Positions 1-11,254 of a DNA stretch of 64,000 nucleotides are shown here, in pieces. The notes under the pieces are model-generated. The model saw only the letters and a list, made by a program, of their open reading frames with translations. It was not told the origin of the DNA and ran no database searches. Position 1 is the stretch's first letter, and the number at the start of each line of letters is the position of its first letter. The DNA is from Eledone cirrhosa. Lineage: Eukaryota. Position numbers and translations under genes: made by a program. The stretch spans positions 45,136,001 through 45,200,000 of the forward strand of contig OZ024753.1 in NCBI GenBank assembly GCA_964016885.1. Reading direction: 5' to 3'.

Positions 1-341
1 AAAAGGGGTTGAGAGGCCCCTTCAGTCATGTCAAGGACATGACAACCTTCTTAGTGCTAGTGCCACATTAATATATACCCAGTACACTCTGTAAAGGGGT
101 TGGGAATGGCAAGGGATTCCAGCTACAGAAAACCTACCAAACAACCTCCCTTCCCTTCAAATTACCTGCCTTGTTTATCTGACATTTGGAACACAACTTA
201 ACAAAGATTCTTACATACAATTATACTGGGAGGTTGTTAGATAAATATAAACACTTTAAAATAAACAACGTAATATCATTGAAGCAAGGGGTTAAAAGGA
301 GTTAAAAGGGGATAAAAGGGTTAAGAAAGTTTGAACATTAC

Positions 342-902
342 TTTTGCTGTATCCATTGATTTCTTCATAAATAGGTTGTGATGCTAAAATAATCTGTCGC
401 TCCTCTTCTTCTGGTATTTCAGGTTGTTGAGGTTCCTGGCTTTGATTAGGGGGTAACTCAGCTGATAATTGGGGAGAGGACTCAGTTGATGATTCCGTCA
501 ACGATGTCCTCACTGGTTGTTCAATGTGCATACTTGGAAGTTTGGTGACAGCCTCATTATTAGGGGTCACTGTGCTAATAAAAGTTGCAGTTGTAGGTGG
601 TGGGACTGCTCCTACTGCAACAACTGCAGCCGTAATTGTAGGAGCTGCAGTTGCGACAGTGGGGGGACGCATGCTGGTAATTGGTTCGAGATAACCTTCC
701 GTTGGGAAGTTACTGCTTCCATTGGAGGAAGTTCGAGAAGCAGAGTTGGAACGAGATGGATCAACAGGATAATAGTAGTTATCACGTTGTCCTGGGTATT
801 TTGGTGTGATTGGCTCATATAAGTTTTCTACTGATCCTAAAGGTGAGATATTGGGATCATCGAAGTTTTTGTCTCCACCTGATCCAGAAGAGGTTGAACC
901 AC
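342..902 (-). CDS. PEAK1: Internal coding exon of the PEAK1/PRAG1-like gene (Ser/Pro-rich, Tyr motifs LYEPI, YLEPI, PIYEEI)
   Basis: Acceptor tttttttccAG at 904-903 and probable donor GTaatg at 341. The phase-1 join with exon 2469-2388 gives ...AFGS-GGSTSSGSGG, in frame with ORF 292..1164. Confidence 0.75.
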
Positions 903-904
903 CT

Positions 905-1592
905 GGAAAAAAAAACATAGTATGAAACATATTTCCTAGAATGGAATACAATGTTTTCCCCCTTATAAAAACATAGTATAGAATACATTTCCTAAAATAG
1001 AATACAATATTTGTCCACCTATACAGACATAGTATAGTGTATTTCCAACATAAAACACAGTGTTTCTTCCACCTATACAGACATAGTAGAGTATATTTCC
1101 TACAATGGAATACAATATTTTTCCACCTATATAGACATAGAGTATAGAATATATCTTCTAGCATAGAATATGGTGTGTTTTTATAAATACTGGTTTATAA
1201 ATTACAACTGTGGATATATAACATTTTATTTAAGTTTATAATATTTTTATATACTGTTATATATACATCACAACAGTAGATATATATAATTTAGTTATGG
1301 TTATAATATATTATATACTATTATATATACATTATAACAGTGGATATATAACCTAGTTGTGGTGTATAATATATTATATACTGTTATATATACATCACAA
1401 TAGTGGATATATAACCTAGTTATGGTGTATAATATATTATATACTACTATATATACATCACAACAGTGGATATATAACATTATATACTGTTATATATAAA
1501 TTACAACATTATATATACATCACAACAGTGGATATATAACCTAGTTATGGTGTATAATATATCATATACTGTTATATATACATCACAACAGT
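905..1592. repeat. Degenerate AT-rich minisatellites (about 57-nt and about 60-nt units)
   Basis: Recurrent ccacctatacagacatag and tatactgttatatatacatcacaacagtggatatataac units. Confidence 0.7.
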
Positions 1593-1662
1593 CACTTATG
1601 ACTTTTCATGGCAGACGCTTTTTTATTAACAAAACCCTACAACTTATCTACGAGTATATATA

Positions 1663-2050
1663 ATAATGGTTTCTTATATAGGCACAAGGCCAGCAATTTT
1701 GGGGGAGGGGAAACTCGATTAAATCGACCCCAGTACATTACTGGTACTTTATTTTATCGACCCCGTAAGGATGAAAGGCAAAGTTAACCTCGGCGGGATT
1801 TGAACTCAGACCTACAAATGTGGTTGGTGTTAGGAAGGGCATCTAGCCATAGAAAACCTGCCAAATAGTCCTATACGAACGAGACACGGGCACCCGACCA
1901 ACCTTACCTAAAGTGGGACAACTCCCGTCTAACCCTTGCTAGCGTGGAAGATGGACGTTAAAAGAAGATGATGATGATCATAAAGGGCGTAACTCTATGC
2001 TGCAAAGCATGGCGTCCGACCCTCTACCTATACTGCCAGTCCACCACCCC
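1663..2050 (-). mobile_element. tRNA-derived Meta-type SINE, interrupted by an RTE-tail insert (1813-1979)
   Basis: Reverse complement has A box tggcagtatcgg-like, B box gagttcaaatcc and core gcctttcatccttacggggtcgataaaataaagtaccag. Confidence 0.8.
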
Positions 2051-2314
2051 AGCATGGCGTCTGACCCTCTACCTATACTGGCAATCCACCACCCCAGCAT
2101 GGCGTCCGACCCCCTACCTATACTGCCAATCCACCACCCTAGCAAGGCGTCCGACCCTCTACCGATACTGCCAATCCACCACCCTAGCAAGGCGTCCGAC
2201 CCTCTACCTATACTGCCAATCCACCACCCTAGCAAGGTGTCCGACCCTCTACCTATACTGCCAATCCACCACCCTAGCATGGCGTCTGACCCTCTACCTA
2301 TACTGCCAATCCAC
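2007..2314. repeat. 45-bp tandem repeat (about 7 copies) derived from the SINE 5' head
   Basis: Unit agcatggcgtccgaccctctacctatactgccaatccaccaccct matches the A-box end of the SINE. Confidence 0.9.
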
Positions 2315-2387
2315 TGCCCTTATGAGTATATACAATAATATAATGGTGAAGATGACAAAGATGATGATGACAATGTGTTTAACTGAC

Positions 2388-2469
2388 CTGATCCAAATGC
2401 ACTGTCATCACCAAGTGTGACAGTATTACGACGACAAACAGTGCCACTCGGTGACATCTCAGCAAGTAA
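2388..2469 (-). CDS. PEAK1: 82-nt coding exon (LLAEMSPSGTVCRRNTVTLGDDSAFGS/G)
   Basis: Acceptor gttgtttcAG (2471-2470) and donor CAG|GTcagt (2387). Phase 0 in and phase 1 out, which fits both neighbouring exons. Confidence 0.75.
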
Positions 2470-2529
2470 CTGAAACAACAACAACAACAACAACATATAG
2501 TTCAGAATCTATAATAACAATAATAATAA

Positions 2530-2720
2530 TAAATGTTTCTACTTTTGGCACGAGGCCAGCAATTACCCCAGTGTATTACTGGTACTTTATTTTATCCACC
2601 CCGTAAGGATGAAAGGCAAAGTTAACCTTGGCGGGATTTGAACTCTGACCATAAAGGGCCATAACTCTGTGCTGCAAAGCATGGCGTCAGACCCTCTACT
2701 GATTCTGCCAATCCACCAGC
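2530..2720 (-). mobile_element. Meta-type tRNA SINE
   Basis: Same consensus as 4577-4765. Confidence 0.85.
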
Positions 2721-2815
2721 CTTTACTGTCAATAATAATAACTCTACAGCCTTTTTGTCCATCTGTTACACACTAGAATCTTTCTGTTCTAAATTTGTTT
2801 CATTTACTCGGCAGG

Positions 2816-3210
2816 GAATACAAAGGTAAGACATGATGTGTTATAATACAAAGGTAAGACATGATGTGTTGTAATACAAAGGTAAGACACGATGTGTTGT
2901 AATACAAAGGTAAGACATGATGTGTTGTAATACAAAGGTAAGACATGATGTGTTGTAATACAAAGGTAAGACATGATGTGTTGTAATACAAAGGTAAGAC
3001 ATGATGTGTTGTAATACAAAGGTAAGACACGATGTGTTGTAATACAAAGATAAGACATGATGTGTTGTAATACAAAGGTAATGCATGATGTGTTGTAATA
3101 CAAAGGTAATGCATGATGTGTTGTAATACAAAGATAAGACATGATGTGTTGTAATACAAAGGTAATGCATGATGTGTTGTAATACAAAGATAAGACATGA
3201 TGTGTTGTAA
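2816..3210. repeat. 30-bp minisatellite, about 13 copies
   Basis: Unit aatacaaaggtaagacatgatgtgttgt with variants. Confidence 0.9.
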
Positions 3211-3710
3211 ATGTTGTAAAATGTTTTCATTCACAGAAAAACTCACCATTTTCTGCCTCCCCCCTCCTCTCTTTCTCTCTCTCTCTCTTTGTGAGTAAGG
3301 AATGGCTGGGACTGCTGGGATTCTCCTTGCCTAGTCTTGTAAAGCTACACAGAACTGGGACTCACAAACACACACACATATATAATATACGATGTCCCAC
3401 TGTATCTTTTCCCCCATAATATAACTGGTATTACACACACAAGGGGCTATTGAGCCCTCCTCACATAACATGTTAGTGTCCTCCTCCATTGAAGGAGTTG
3501 AAAAATAATTACTTACCTTCTGTTGACCCAGGTCATAGACACTGACCTGGGTCAACTGATCCTATAAACATGACTAAATAAGGAACAACAACAACAACAA
3601 CAATGATAATAGTGATTTATAATAACAACAATCAATAATAACAATCAATAATAACAATAATAACAACAATCAATAATGATGATAATAAAAAATATTAATA
3701 AAACATAAGC

Positions 3711-3963
3711 AGAGAAAATATGAGAGATGGTCAGTGATGAGACTGTTATCACTTAATCTCTTCAGATAAGACCAGAGAAAATATGAGAGATGGTCAGTGA
3801 TGAGACTGTTATCACTTAATCTCTTCAGATAAGACCAGAGAAAATATGAGAGATGGTCAGTGATGAGACTGTTATCACTTAATCTCTTCAGATAAGACCA
3901 GAGAAAATATGAGAGATGGTCAGTGATGAGACTGTTATCACTTAATCTCTTCAGATAAGACCA
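3711..3963. repeat. 63-bp tandem repeat x4
   Basis: agagaaaatatgagagatggtcagtgatgag... starts at 3711, 3774, 3837 and 3900. Confidence 0.95.
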
Positions 3964-3994
3964 GCCTGTTGAATAAATAATAGTAATAATAATA

Positions 3995-4160
3995 GTAATA
4001 ATTACCCCAGTACATTACTGGTACTTTATTTTATCGACCCCGTAAGGATGAAAAGCAAAGTTAACCTCGGCGGGATTTGAACTCAGACCGTAAAGGGCCG
4101 TAACTCTATGCTGTAAAGCATGGCGTCAGACTCTCTACCGATACTGCCAATCCACCGCCA
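3995..4160 (-). mobile_element. Meta-type tRNA SINE
   Basis: Core and A/B boxes as in the other copies. Confidence 0.85.
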
Positions 4161-4378
4161 ATAATAATAGTAATAGCAATAACAGTAGTAATAATAGTAG
4201 TAATAGTAATAACAGTAGTAATAGTAATAGTAATAATGGCGGCCATGTTGTTTTGTTTTAGTTAATTTTTGTGAAGCTATAAAAAGAAAGGAAAGAAGAG
4301 CAGGAAGGAAAAGAATTGGTATTTTTCGAGAATAAAGACATTCATATTGTTTAAGATGGGAAGAATAATCATGATGAC

Positions 4379-4439
<61 letters not shown>

Positions 4440-4543
4440 CTATATGAGCGAGACATGGTCACCCGACCAACCTTGACTCAAATTGGGACAACTCCCGTCT
4501 AACCCATGCTAGCGTGGAAAATGGACGTTAAACGATGATGATG

Positions 4544-4575
<32 letters not shown>

Positions 4576-4576
4576 C

Positions 4577-4765
4577 GGTGGATTGGCAGTATCAGTAGAG
4601 GGTCAGACGCCATGCTTTGCAGCATAGAGTTACGGCCCTTGCCATTCTGAGTTCAAATCCCGCCGAGGTTAACTTTGCCTTTCATCCTTACGGGGTCGAT
4701 AAAATAAAGTACCAGTAATGTACTGGGGTCATTGCTGGCCTTGTGCCAAAAAGTAGAAACAATTA
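4577..4765 (+). mobile_element. Meta-type tRNA SINE
   Basis: ggtggattggcagtatc ... ctgagttcaaatcccgccgaggttaactttgcctttcatccttacggggtcgataaaataaagtaccag. Confidence 0.85.
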
Positions 4766-5004
4766 TATATATATATGTATATATGTGTTTATTTATATCT
4801 ATATATCTCTATCTATATTTGTGTATATATATATATTTATCTATCTATCTATCTATATATTTATCATCATCATCATCATCATCGTCATTTAACATCTGCT
4901 TTCCAGGCTACCAACATATATATGTATATATATATAAGTATGTGTATATGTGTGTGTACCGTGACAACCATGAAAAAAAGAAAGGGATGCAGCATACTAC
5001 TATA

Positions 5005-5368
5005 TATGGTGGCTGCCAACTCGTTTTCGAGTACGGCCACTACTTTATATCCATGTAGGAGAACTCCTACCGATGCGCTGAACGAATGTGACTTTAGTCC
5101 AGCCAGCAACTTGAAAACTCTGGTACAAACACTACACTTGTGACAATTATTGACACATAGTGCTGGGCCCATGGTACCATGTGACGACAAGTGCAGAGAG
5201 ATCTCCAGATATAAAGCAATGACTGTGCTGTGAAGCTTTTATAGTGAGCAAAGGCACTGCACAAAGCCAGTCCCACTCTCTTAACCAAGATGATATTTAC
5301 CAAAAAGAAGAACAAGTCAACATCATTGGATACCATCGGGGTTGCAGATGTTATATCAGAGTTTTCCT
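5005..5368 (-). mobile_element. LINE (RTE-like) 3' fragment with C2H2-like remnant CSVCTRVFKLLAGLKSH
   Basis: Near-identical inverted copy at 45165-45527. Confidence 0.6.
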
Positions 5369-5420
5369 ATTATATATATATATATACATACATACATATA
5401 TATATATATATACATATATA

Positions 5421-5636
5421 AAGGATCGATCGACTTTCGTCAAATCGGACCGAGGAAACAATGTTTCCGTTGGTCTTTCCAGTTGCTAGTACTATCCATC
5501 GGTCACAACTCCAGGTAGAAGGAGCAACGTGAAATAAAGTGTCTTGCTCAAGGACATAACACATCACCCGGTCCAGGAATCGAACTCACAACCTTACAAT
5601 TGCGAATCCAAATCTCTAACCACTCAGCCACACGCC

Positions 5637-5640
<4 letters not shown>
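5421..5640 (-). mobile_element. tRNA-head CORE-type SINE
   Basis: Reverse complement has gtggctgagtggttag (A box), gagttcgattcc (B box) and gtccttgagcaagacactt (CORE-like). Second full copy at 51385-51605. Confidence 0.8.
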
Positions 5641-5714
<74 letters not shown>

Positions 5715-6072
5715 TATATGTACATATACATATATGTACATATACATATAACTTATAAGGAGGTGAAACTCTAGTAAACACAGCCCTTTCCTTGTCTCTC
5801 TACTAAAGAAAGGTTTCAATGAAGAGATAATCTCTGTAAATAATCTTCCTTGGAAGGGAAATGTAGATTTAGTTATATTTAAAGAAATAACAAATATTAC
5901 TTCCTGTTCCTTTTAAAGAGAGGAGACATTAGTGAGATAATTTATATAAAATAGGGATGAGAGACCTTATCAGTTCTAAACAGAATCTAACCCCTCTGAC
6001 TGGTTGTTGATCAGACCATCTCTATCTGTCTAGCTGTCTGTCTGTCTCCCTGTCTCCCTGTCTATATGTCTG

Positions 6073-6127
<55 letters not shown>

Positions 6128-6209
6128 GTTATTCCGGGTTGAATCGGAGGTAACCACAGTAAGTAAGGTACTCAATACATTGAAGAGTATAAAAGTTTTA
6201 ATATAGATG

Positions 6210-6260
6210 AGATTCTACAGGACTAGAACTGTTTCATTCTTTAGAAATCATCAGGAATCT
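6210..6260 (-). ncRNA. Type I hammerhead ribozyme (family A)
   Basis: Exact reverse complement of 6430-6480. Confidence 0.8.
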
Positions 6261-6429
6261 GGGTATCAAAAAATAAATATGGTATTTATAGGTCTCTTCA
6301 GGTGGTAGGAGAGGGTGGGGAGTGGGATGGGTGTAGGTCATTGGTTGATAGAAAAGGGAATTCATTAAAAGCTAATTCTTCAAAGCTATAGTTTATATTT
6401 ATAAATACCATATTTATTTTTTGATACCC

Positions 6430-6480
6430 AGATTCCTGATGATTTCTAAAGAATGAAACAGTTCTAGTCCTGTAGAATCT
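6430..6480 (+). ncRNA. Type I hammerhead ribozyme (family A)
   Basis: agattc CTGATGA tttctaaagaat GAAA cag-ttctagtc-ctg TA gaatct. Stem I is 6 bp, stem II is ttc/gaa, stem III is Acag/ctgT, and the site is GUA. Confidence 0.8.
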
Positions 6481-6678
6481 TATCTATATTAAAACTATAT
6501 ATATATATATATATTTAAAGGTTAAACAAGGTTCAATGAATAAATCAAAGAATGAGTTTTACAATAGATTGGAAGCACTCAACAGTTATGGTTTTCCGGA
6601 GTTATTAATATTCATTCAAAATATTAACATGAGTGGATCTTAACCATCTACTATGTCAGGGTATGTCATGCATCATCT

Positions 6679-6745
6679 TATTTTATCTGATGAGGATGTA
6701 CTGTTGAAGTTAGCCCAGTACCTCTGAAATATGTATAATAAAATA
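6679..6745 (+). ncRNA. Minimal type I hammerhead (family B)
   Basis: tattttat CTGATGA gg-atgtactg...cagtacctct GAAA tatgta TA ataaaata. 8-bp stem I and self-complementary stem III. Confidence 0.75.
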
Positions 6746-6799
6746 TACTTGATCACAAGAAGTTCTATTTTTGTTAATATTTTGAATGAATATATATAT

Positions 6800-6831
<32 letters not shown>

Positions 6832-6939
6832 GAAACAAATTGTTAGTACTGTAAATAAAACCCTTTTTGTACAGCCGACCATGTTATTCTTCACTATTTC
6901 ACTATATATATATATATATATATATCATTTCATTTCATC

Positions 6940-7270
6940 ATTTCATTTTACATCCGCTTTTTCCCTGCTTGCAAGGGTGGGACGGGAACTGATTTTGGCT
7001 TGATTTCTACAGCTGGATGCCCTTCCTAACACCAACCTCATTTACAGTGAGTGCTGGGTGCTTTTTTTGCTGTGGCACCTCCACGACCACTTTGCAGTGG
7101 AATGAGAGGGACCTCAGTCCCTACCATCTCATTTCTACAGCTGAGTAAACTGGAGCAATGTGAAATAAAGTGTCTTGCTCAAGGAAACAACACATCACCC
7201 GGTCTGAGAATTGAACTCACAACCTTTTGATTGCAAGGCCAATGCTCTAACCACTAACCCATGTGCCTCC
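6940..7270 (-). mobile_element. RTE 3'-UTR fragment (6940-7100) plus CORE-type SINE (7130-7270)
   Basis: cagctggatgcccttcctaacaccaacc matches the 3' UTR of the LINE at 33290-33590. gtgtcttgctcaagg plus tRNA head marks the SINE. Confidence 0.7.
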
Positions 7271-7347
7271 ATATATACATATATAATTATTTAATATAGA
7301 AATGGCTTCTACAGGACTAGTACTGTTTCATTGAAGATGACTCAGGA

Positions 7348-7393
<46 letters not shown>

Positions 7394-8051
7394 GGTGTGT
7401 GTGTGTGTGTGTGTGCACGCGCACATGTGCCTGTGTGTATATGTGTATGTATCTGGTTTAGAAAAGGTACACTACATTACCATGTGTTGAAAGAGGTGAC
7501 TAATTTGTGGCACAAAGAAGGGCCATAAAACACTGACTTGCCCCTAAATAGGGTCCCATGCAAACCTACAGGGCTCTAGCAATGTAACTGGCCATAGAAT
7601 ACTTGATGTTGATGTTGGTGTTGGTGTTGTTGTTGTTGTATGATTGATAAAGTGGGGTTACTGATATGTTGAACATCTGAAGAGAAAAGAAAGAGGAGGT
7701 GGTGGTGGTGGTGGGGGTCAGACGAAGAGAAGGAGGGCGTGGTGGTGGTGGTGGTGGGGGTCAGACGAAGAGAAGGAGGGCGTGGTGGTGGTGGTGGTGG
7801 TGGTGATCAGAGGGGTGGGAGGACATCACAGTCTTTTGATTCTGTTATTGGTTTCAGTAATTGGACTGGGGCCATACTGGGGCTCTGCCTTCGTCGTATG
7901 TTTGTTCAAAAGAAATACACTTCCTCTTTCTCTAGTACAAGACATGCAAAGCAACACACATGCTTTATAAAGATTTCTAGGACAAAATTATATAAGTAAA
8001 TATATAAATATGATGTCGGGGATGATAATGATGGTGGCAGTGAGAACAACT

Positions 8052-8106
<55 letters not shown>

Positions 8107-8226
8107 GTATGTATATACATATGTATATATATATATATACATATATATGTATATATATATATACATATATATATATACATATACATATATATATATATAC
8201 ATATATATATATACATATATATATAC

Positions 8227-8274
<48 letters not shown>

Positions 8275-8350
8275 GTATATATATATATATATATACATAT
8301 GTATATACATACATATATATATATACACATATATATATATACATATGTAT

Positions 8351-8395
<45 letters not shown>

Positions 8396-8396
8396 C

Positions 8397-8481
<85 letters not shown>

Positions 8482-8494
8482 CATATATATATAC

Positions 8495-8526
<32 letters not shown>

Positions 8527-8585
8527 ATATATACATATATATACAATATTAAATAAATGGAAAACTATATTTATAAAACCATATC

Positions 8586-8651
8586 TATTTCATTATATAT
8601 ATTTCGGGGATATCATATTAACAATATGCTATGCCTTCATCAGACAAAATA
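8586..8651 (-). ncRNA. Minimal hammerhead (family B)
   Basis: Reverse complement of 8747-8812. Confidence 0.7.
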
Positions 8652-8746
8652 CAATATAAACAGTTTTATAGAGTAAACCTCTTCAAATGAAGTTGATGTT
8701 TATTACGGTATGTCGAATATATTTATCTATAAAACTGTTTATATTG

Positions 8747-8812
8747 TATTTTGTCTGATGAAGGCATAGCATATTGTTAATATGATATCCCCGAAATATA
8801 TATAATGAAATA
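8747..8812 (+). ncRNA. Minimal hammerhead (family B)
   Basis: tattttgt CTGATGA agg...catattgttaatatg...ccc GAAA tatata TA atgaaata. Stem I is kept with G-U pairs. Confidence 0.7.
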
Positions 8813-8961
8813 GATATGGTTTTATAAATATAGTTTTCCATTTATTTAATATTGTAAATATACTCCAAGTATTTGTCGAGTGCTTTTATATCAGTTATAA
8901 ATATTTACTAGTTGTAACCCAACAATTTTAAATATAACTTTACATATACATATATATATAC

Positions 8962-9009
<48 letters not shown>

Positions 9010-9029
9010 CCATATATATATATATATCC

Positions 9030-9061
<32 letters not shown>

Positions 9062-9063
9062 CC

Positions 9064-9139
<76 letters not shown>

Positions 9140-9200
9140 TAGGGTGTGGTAAAAAACCAGGCCGTTGGGTTCCTGAATCTTTTCATATATATATATATAC

Positions 9201-9264
<64 letters not shown>

Positions 9265-9675
9265 ATACACACATATGTGGTAGATATGTGTGTAACTATA
9301 GTTACAGGTGGTTCACCAGTTAAAGTACTCAATACTGTTACAAGGGTTCTTCTATGTGAGGGTTTATATTTCAATGTAGTATATACAGGTGTATATACAG
9401 GTGTATATACAGGTAAGCAAGAACCAAGTCAAGGTCGCACCATAAGTAAACTTTATTGATATCGATCAACTCAGGGTTCAAACATAATGATCGGGGCCTG
9501 ACCCTATATATATACCTCATTAGATATATAAGTTTAGGTTTGTAGGCAGCGAACACAGTCAAACTAATTGAATGTGTTCGCTGCCTGATTGAACCCTGAT
9601 CTGATCAATATTGACACCATTGATATATGTAATAAACTTTACTTAATGTGCACATGTAATTTCAATCTTGCTTAC

Positions 9676-9716
<41 letters not shown>

Positions 9717-9853
9717 AGAAAAACCACAAACCCTCCATCTGAAAAGCAGAAGAACTGCAAAACCGGTAAAGCAACCAAATAAATATATATTTAAAAAAAA
9801 AAAAGACTCGAGTTGCATTTTCGATTTCATCTTTTTTCCTTATATATATCATC

Positions 9854-9897
<44 letters not shown>

Positions 9898-9925
9898 TGT
9901 AATAAACAACATAAGATAATTATTT

Positions 9926-9989
9926 CATTTACCAGTACCAGTGGTTTCTTGGAGACAGATATTTAAATCTGTCTTCAGTCGTCAGAATG
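9926..9989 (-). ncRNA. Type I hammerhead ribozyme (family F)
   Basis: Reverse complement: catt CTGACGA ctga-agacagat-ttaaat-atctgtct-ccaa GAAA cca-ctggtac-tgg TA aatg. Confidence 0.75.
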
Positions 9990-10183
9990 AGTAACATAGG
10001 ATGTTTATTATTTACCTTTCCTACGGAAATACTTCATATATATATAAAACAAATAGTAGAAAGGAAAAAGATATTTTTTGTAGACAATATTCAAGAGATA
10101 TTTTTGGTGAAAATATCTTTTTCTTTTCTACTATTTGTTTTTTTTATATATATCAACTTGTGTGCTACCTTTCTACATTCGAA

Positions 10184-10214
<31 letters not shown>

Positions 10215-10294
10215 TAAACAAATAATGAATAAACAATTCCTTATATTAAACAAAAAAAGATTGGACACTACCGTAAACTCTTGGTAGATTTATC

Positions 10295-10336
<42 letters not shown>

Positions 10337-10587
10337 TACATATATATATACATAACTGTGAGGACAATGTGCTAAAGGGAACTGCAATGGTATTGAAGCA
10401 ATATAAATGGTTAGATGGTTGGATGGTTGTATGGCTGGATGGTTGTATGGTTGGATGGTATGGAGCAAGGATGGTTGTATGGCTGGATGGTATGGAACAA
10501 GGATGGTTGTATGGTTGGATGGTATGGAGCAAGGATGGTATGGAGCAGGGATGGTAAGCCAATATTAGTAGCGATATTAAGACATAC

Positions 10588-10710
10588 TGAGTCTTTGTAT
10601 GTGTAAGTTGGAACAATTCTCCGGTTATTCAAGTCTGCTGCAACTGCATTATTTATCTGCATGCGGTGTAAATGCCTCATCCTCTGGTGCGGTTTCTGGA
10701 CTCTGGCATC
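10588..10710 (-). CDS. Candidate symmetric (phase 0-0) 123-nt cassette exon DARVQKPHQRMRHLHRMQINNAVAADLNNRRIVPTYTYKDS
   Basis: Acceptor gatttgtctacAG and donor GTatgt. Only the frame compatible with the gene is open. It is a non-repetitive island in a repeat-rich intron. Confidence 0.5.
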
Positions 10711-10943
10711 CTGTAGACAAATCAACATCTTTTTACATCTTATTTACATACATACACACACACACACACACACAGACACATACATATATACATACCTACA
10801 TACATATATACATATATGTATATATATATATTCATGTGTATGTGTATGTATATAAATATAAGTTCATATATATATATACAAATTAAGTTTGATACAACAA
10901 AGTTCCACTTTGAAATGCTTTTATAGAATATTTGAATATTGTC

Positions 10944-11028
10944 CGTGACATATGTTTCAGAGATGATTGGCTCAAGGTCCATATTGATGTGATAGACCTG
11001 ACTCTAGCATCGATCTGTTCATCAGACA
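10944..11028 (-). ncRNA. Type I hammerhead ribozyme with long stem II (family G)
   Basis: Reverse complement: tgt CTGATGA acagat...aggtctat-cacatca-atatggacct...atctct GAAA catatg TC acg. Palindromic stem III ACATATGT, GUC site, short stem I. Confidence 0.65.
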
Positions 11029-11254
11029 CGTAGCTTCAACTAAAACAATTTGCATTTTGTCAAACTTCATTGTATGAAACTGAATATTTATATATATACA
11101 TAACTAGAGCTCCAACTCACAACTGAAAATGACTTAGTAGTGTGTACCATGCTTTCACCAAAGTTTTAGATGTCTATATAGTTACAAGCAGACACAGACA
11201 CCTTCTCAATCCCCCCTCCTTCGATCCAGGGCAACAAATACACAGGGTCTAACA

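Larger units (their letters stand above)
6128..6497. mobile_element. Hammerhead element family A: inverted-repeat, Penelope-pLTR-like, inserted in (TA)n
   Basis: Arms of about 97 nt (6194-6290 and 6399-6496), each with a hammerhead. Related copies at 7290-7335, 42810-42880 and 50757-50885. Confidence 0.75.
8543..8945. mobile_element. Hammerhead element family B, inverted arms of about 130 nt
   Basis: 8543-8672 is the reverse complement of 8727-8855. Flanked by (TA)n. Homologous to 29513-29935. Confidence 0.8.

Noticed and set aside
3711-3963. 63-bp repeat containing GTGATGA (plus) and CTGAAGA (minus) as a possible tandem hammerhead satellite
   Set aside because: I could not form stems I and III with a properly placed GAAA and UH.
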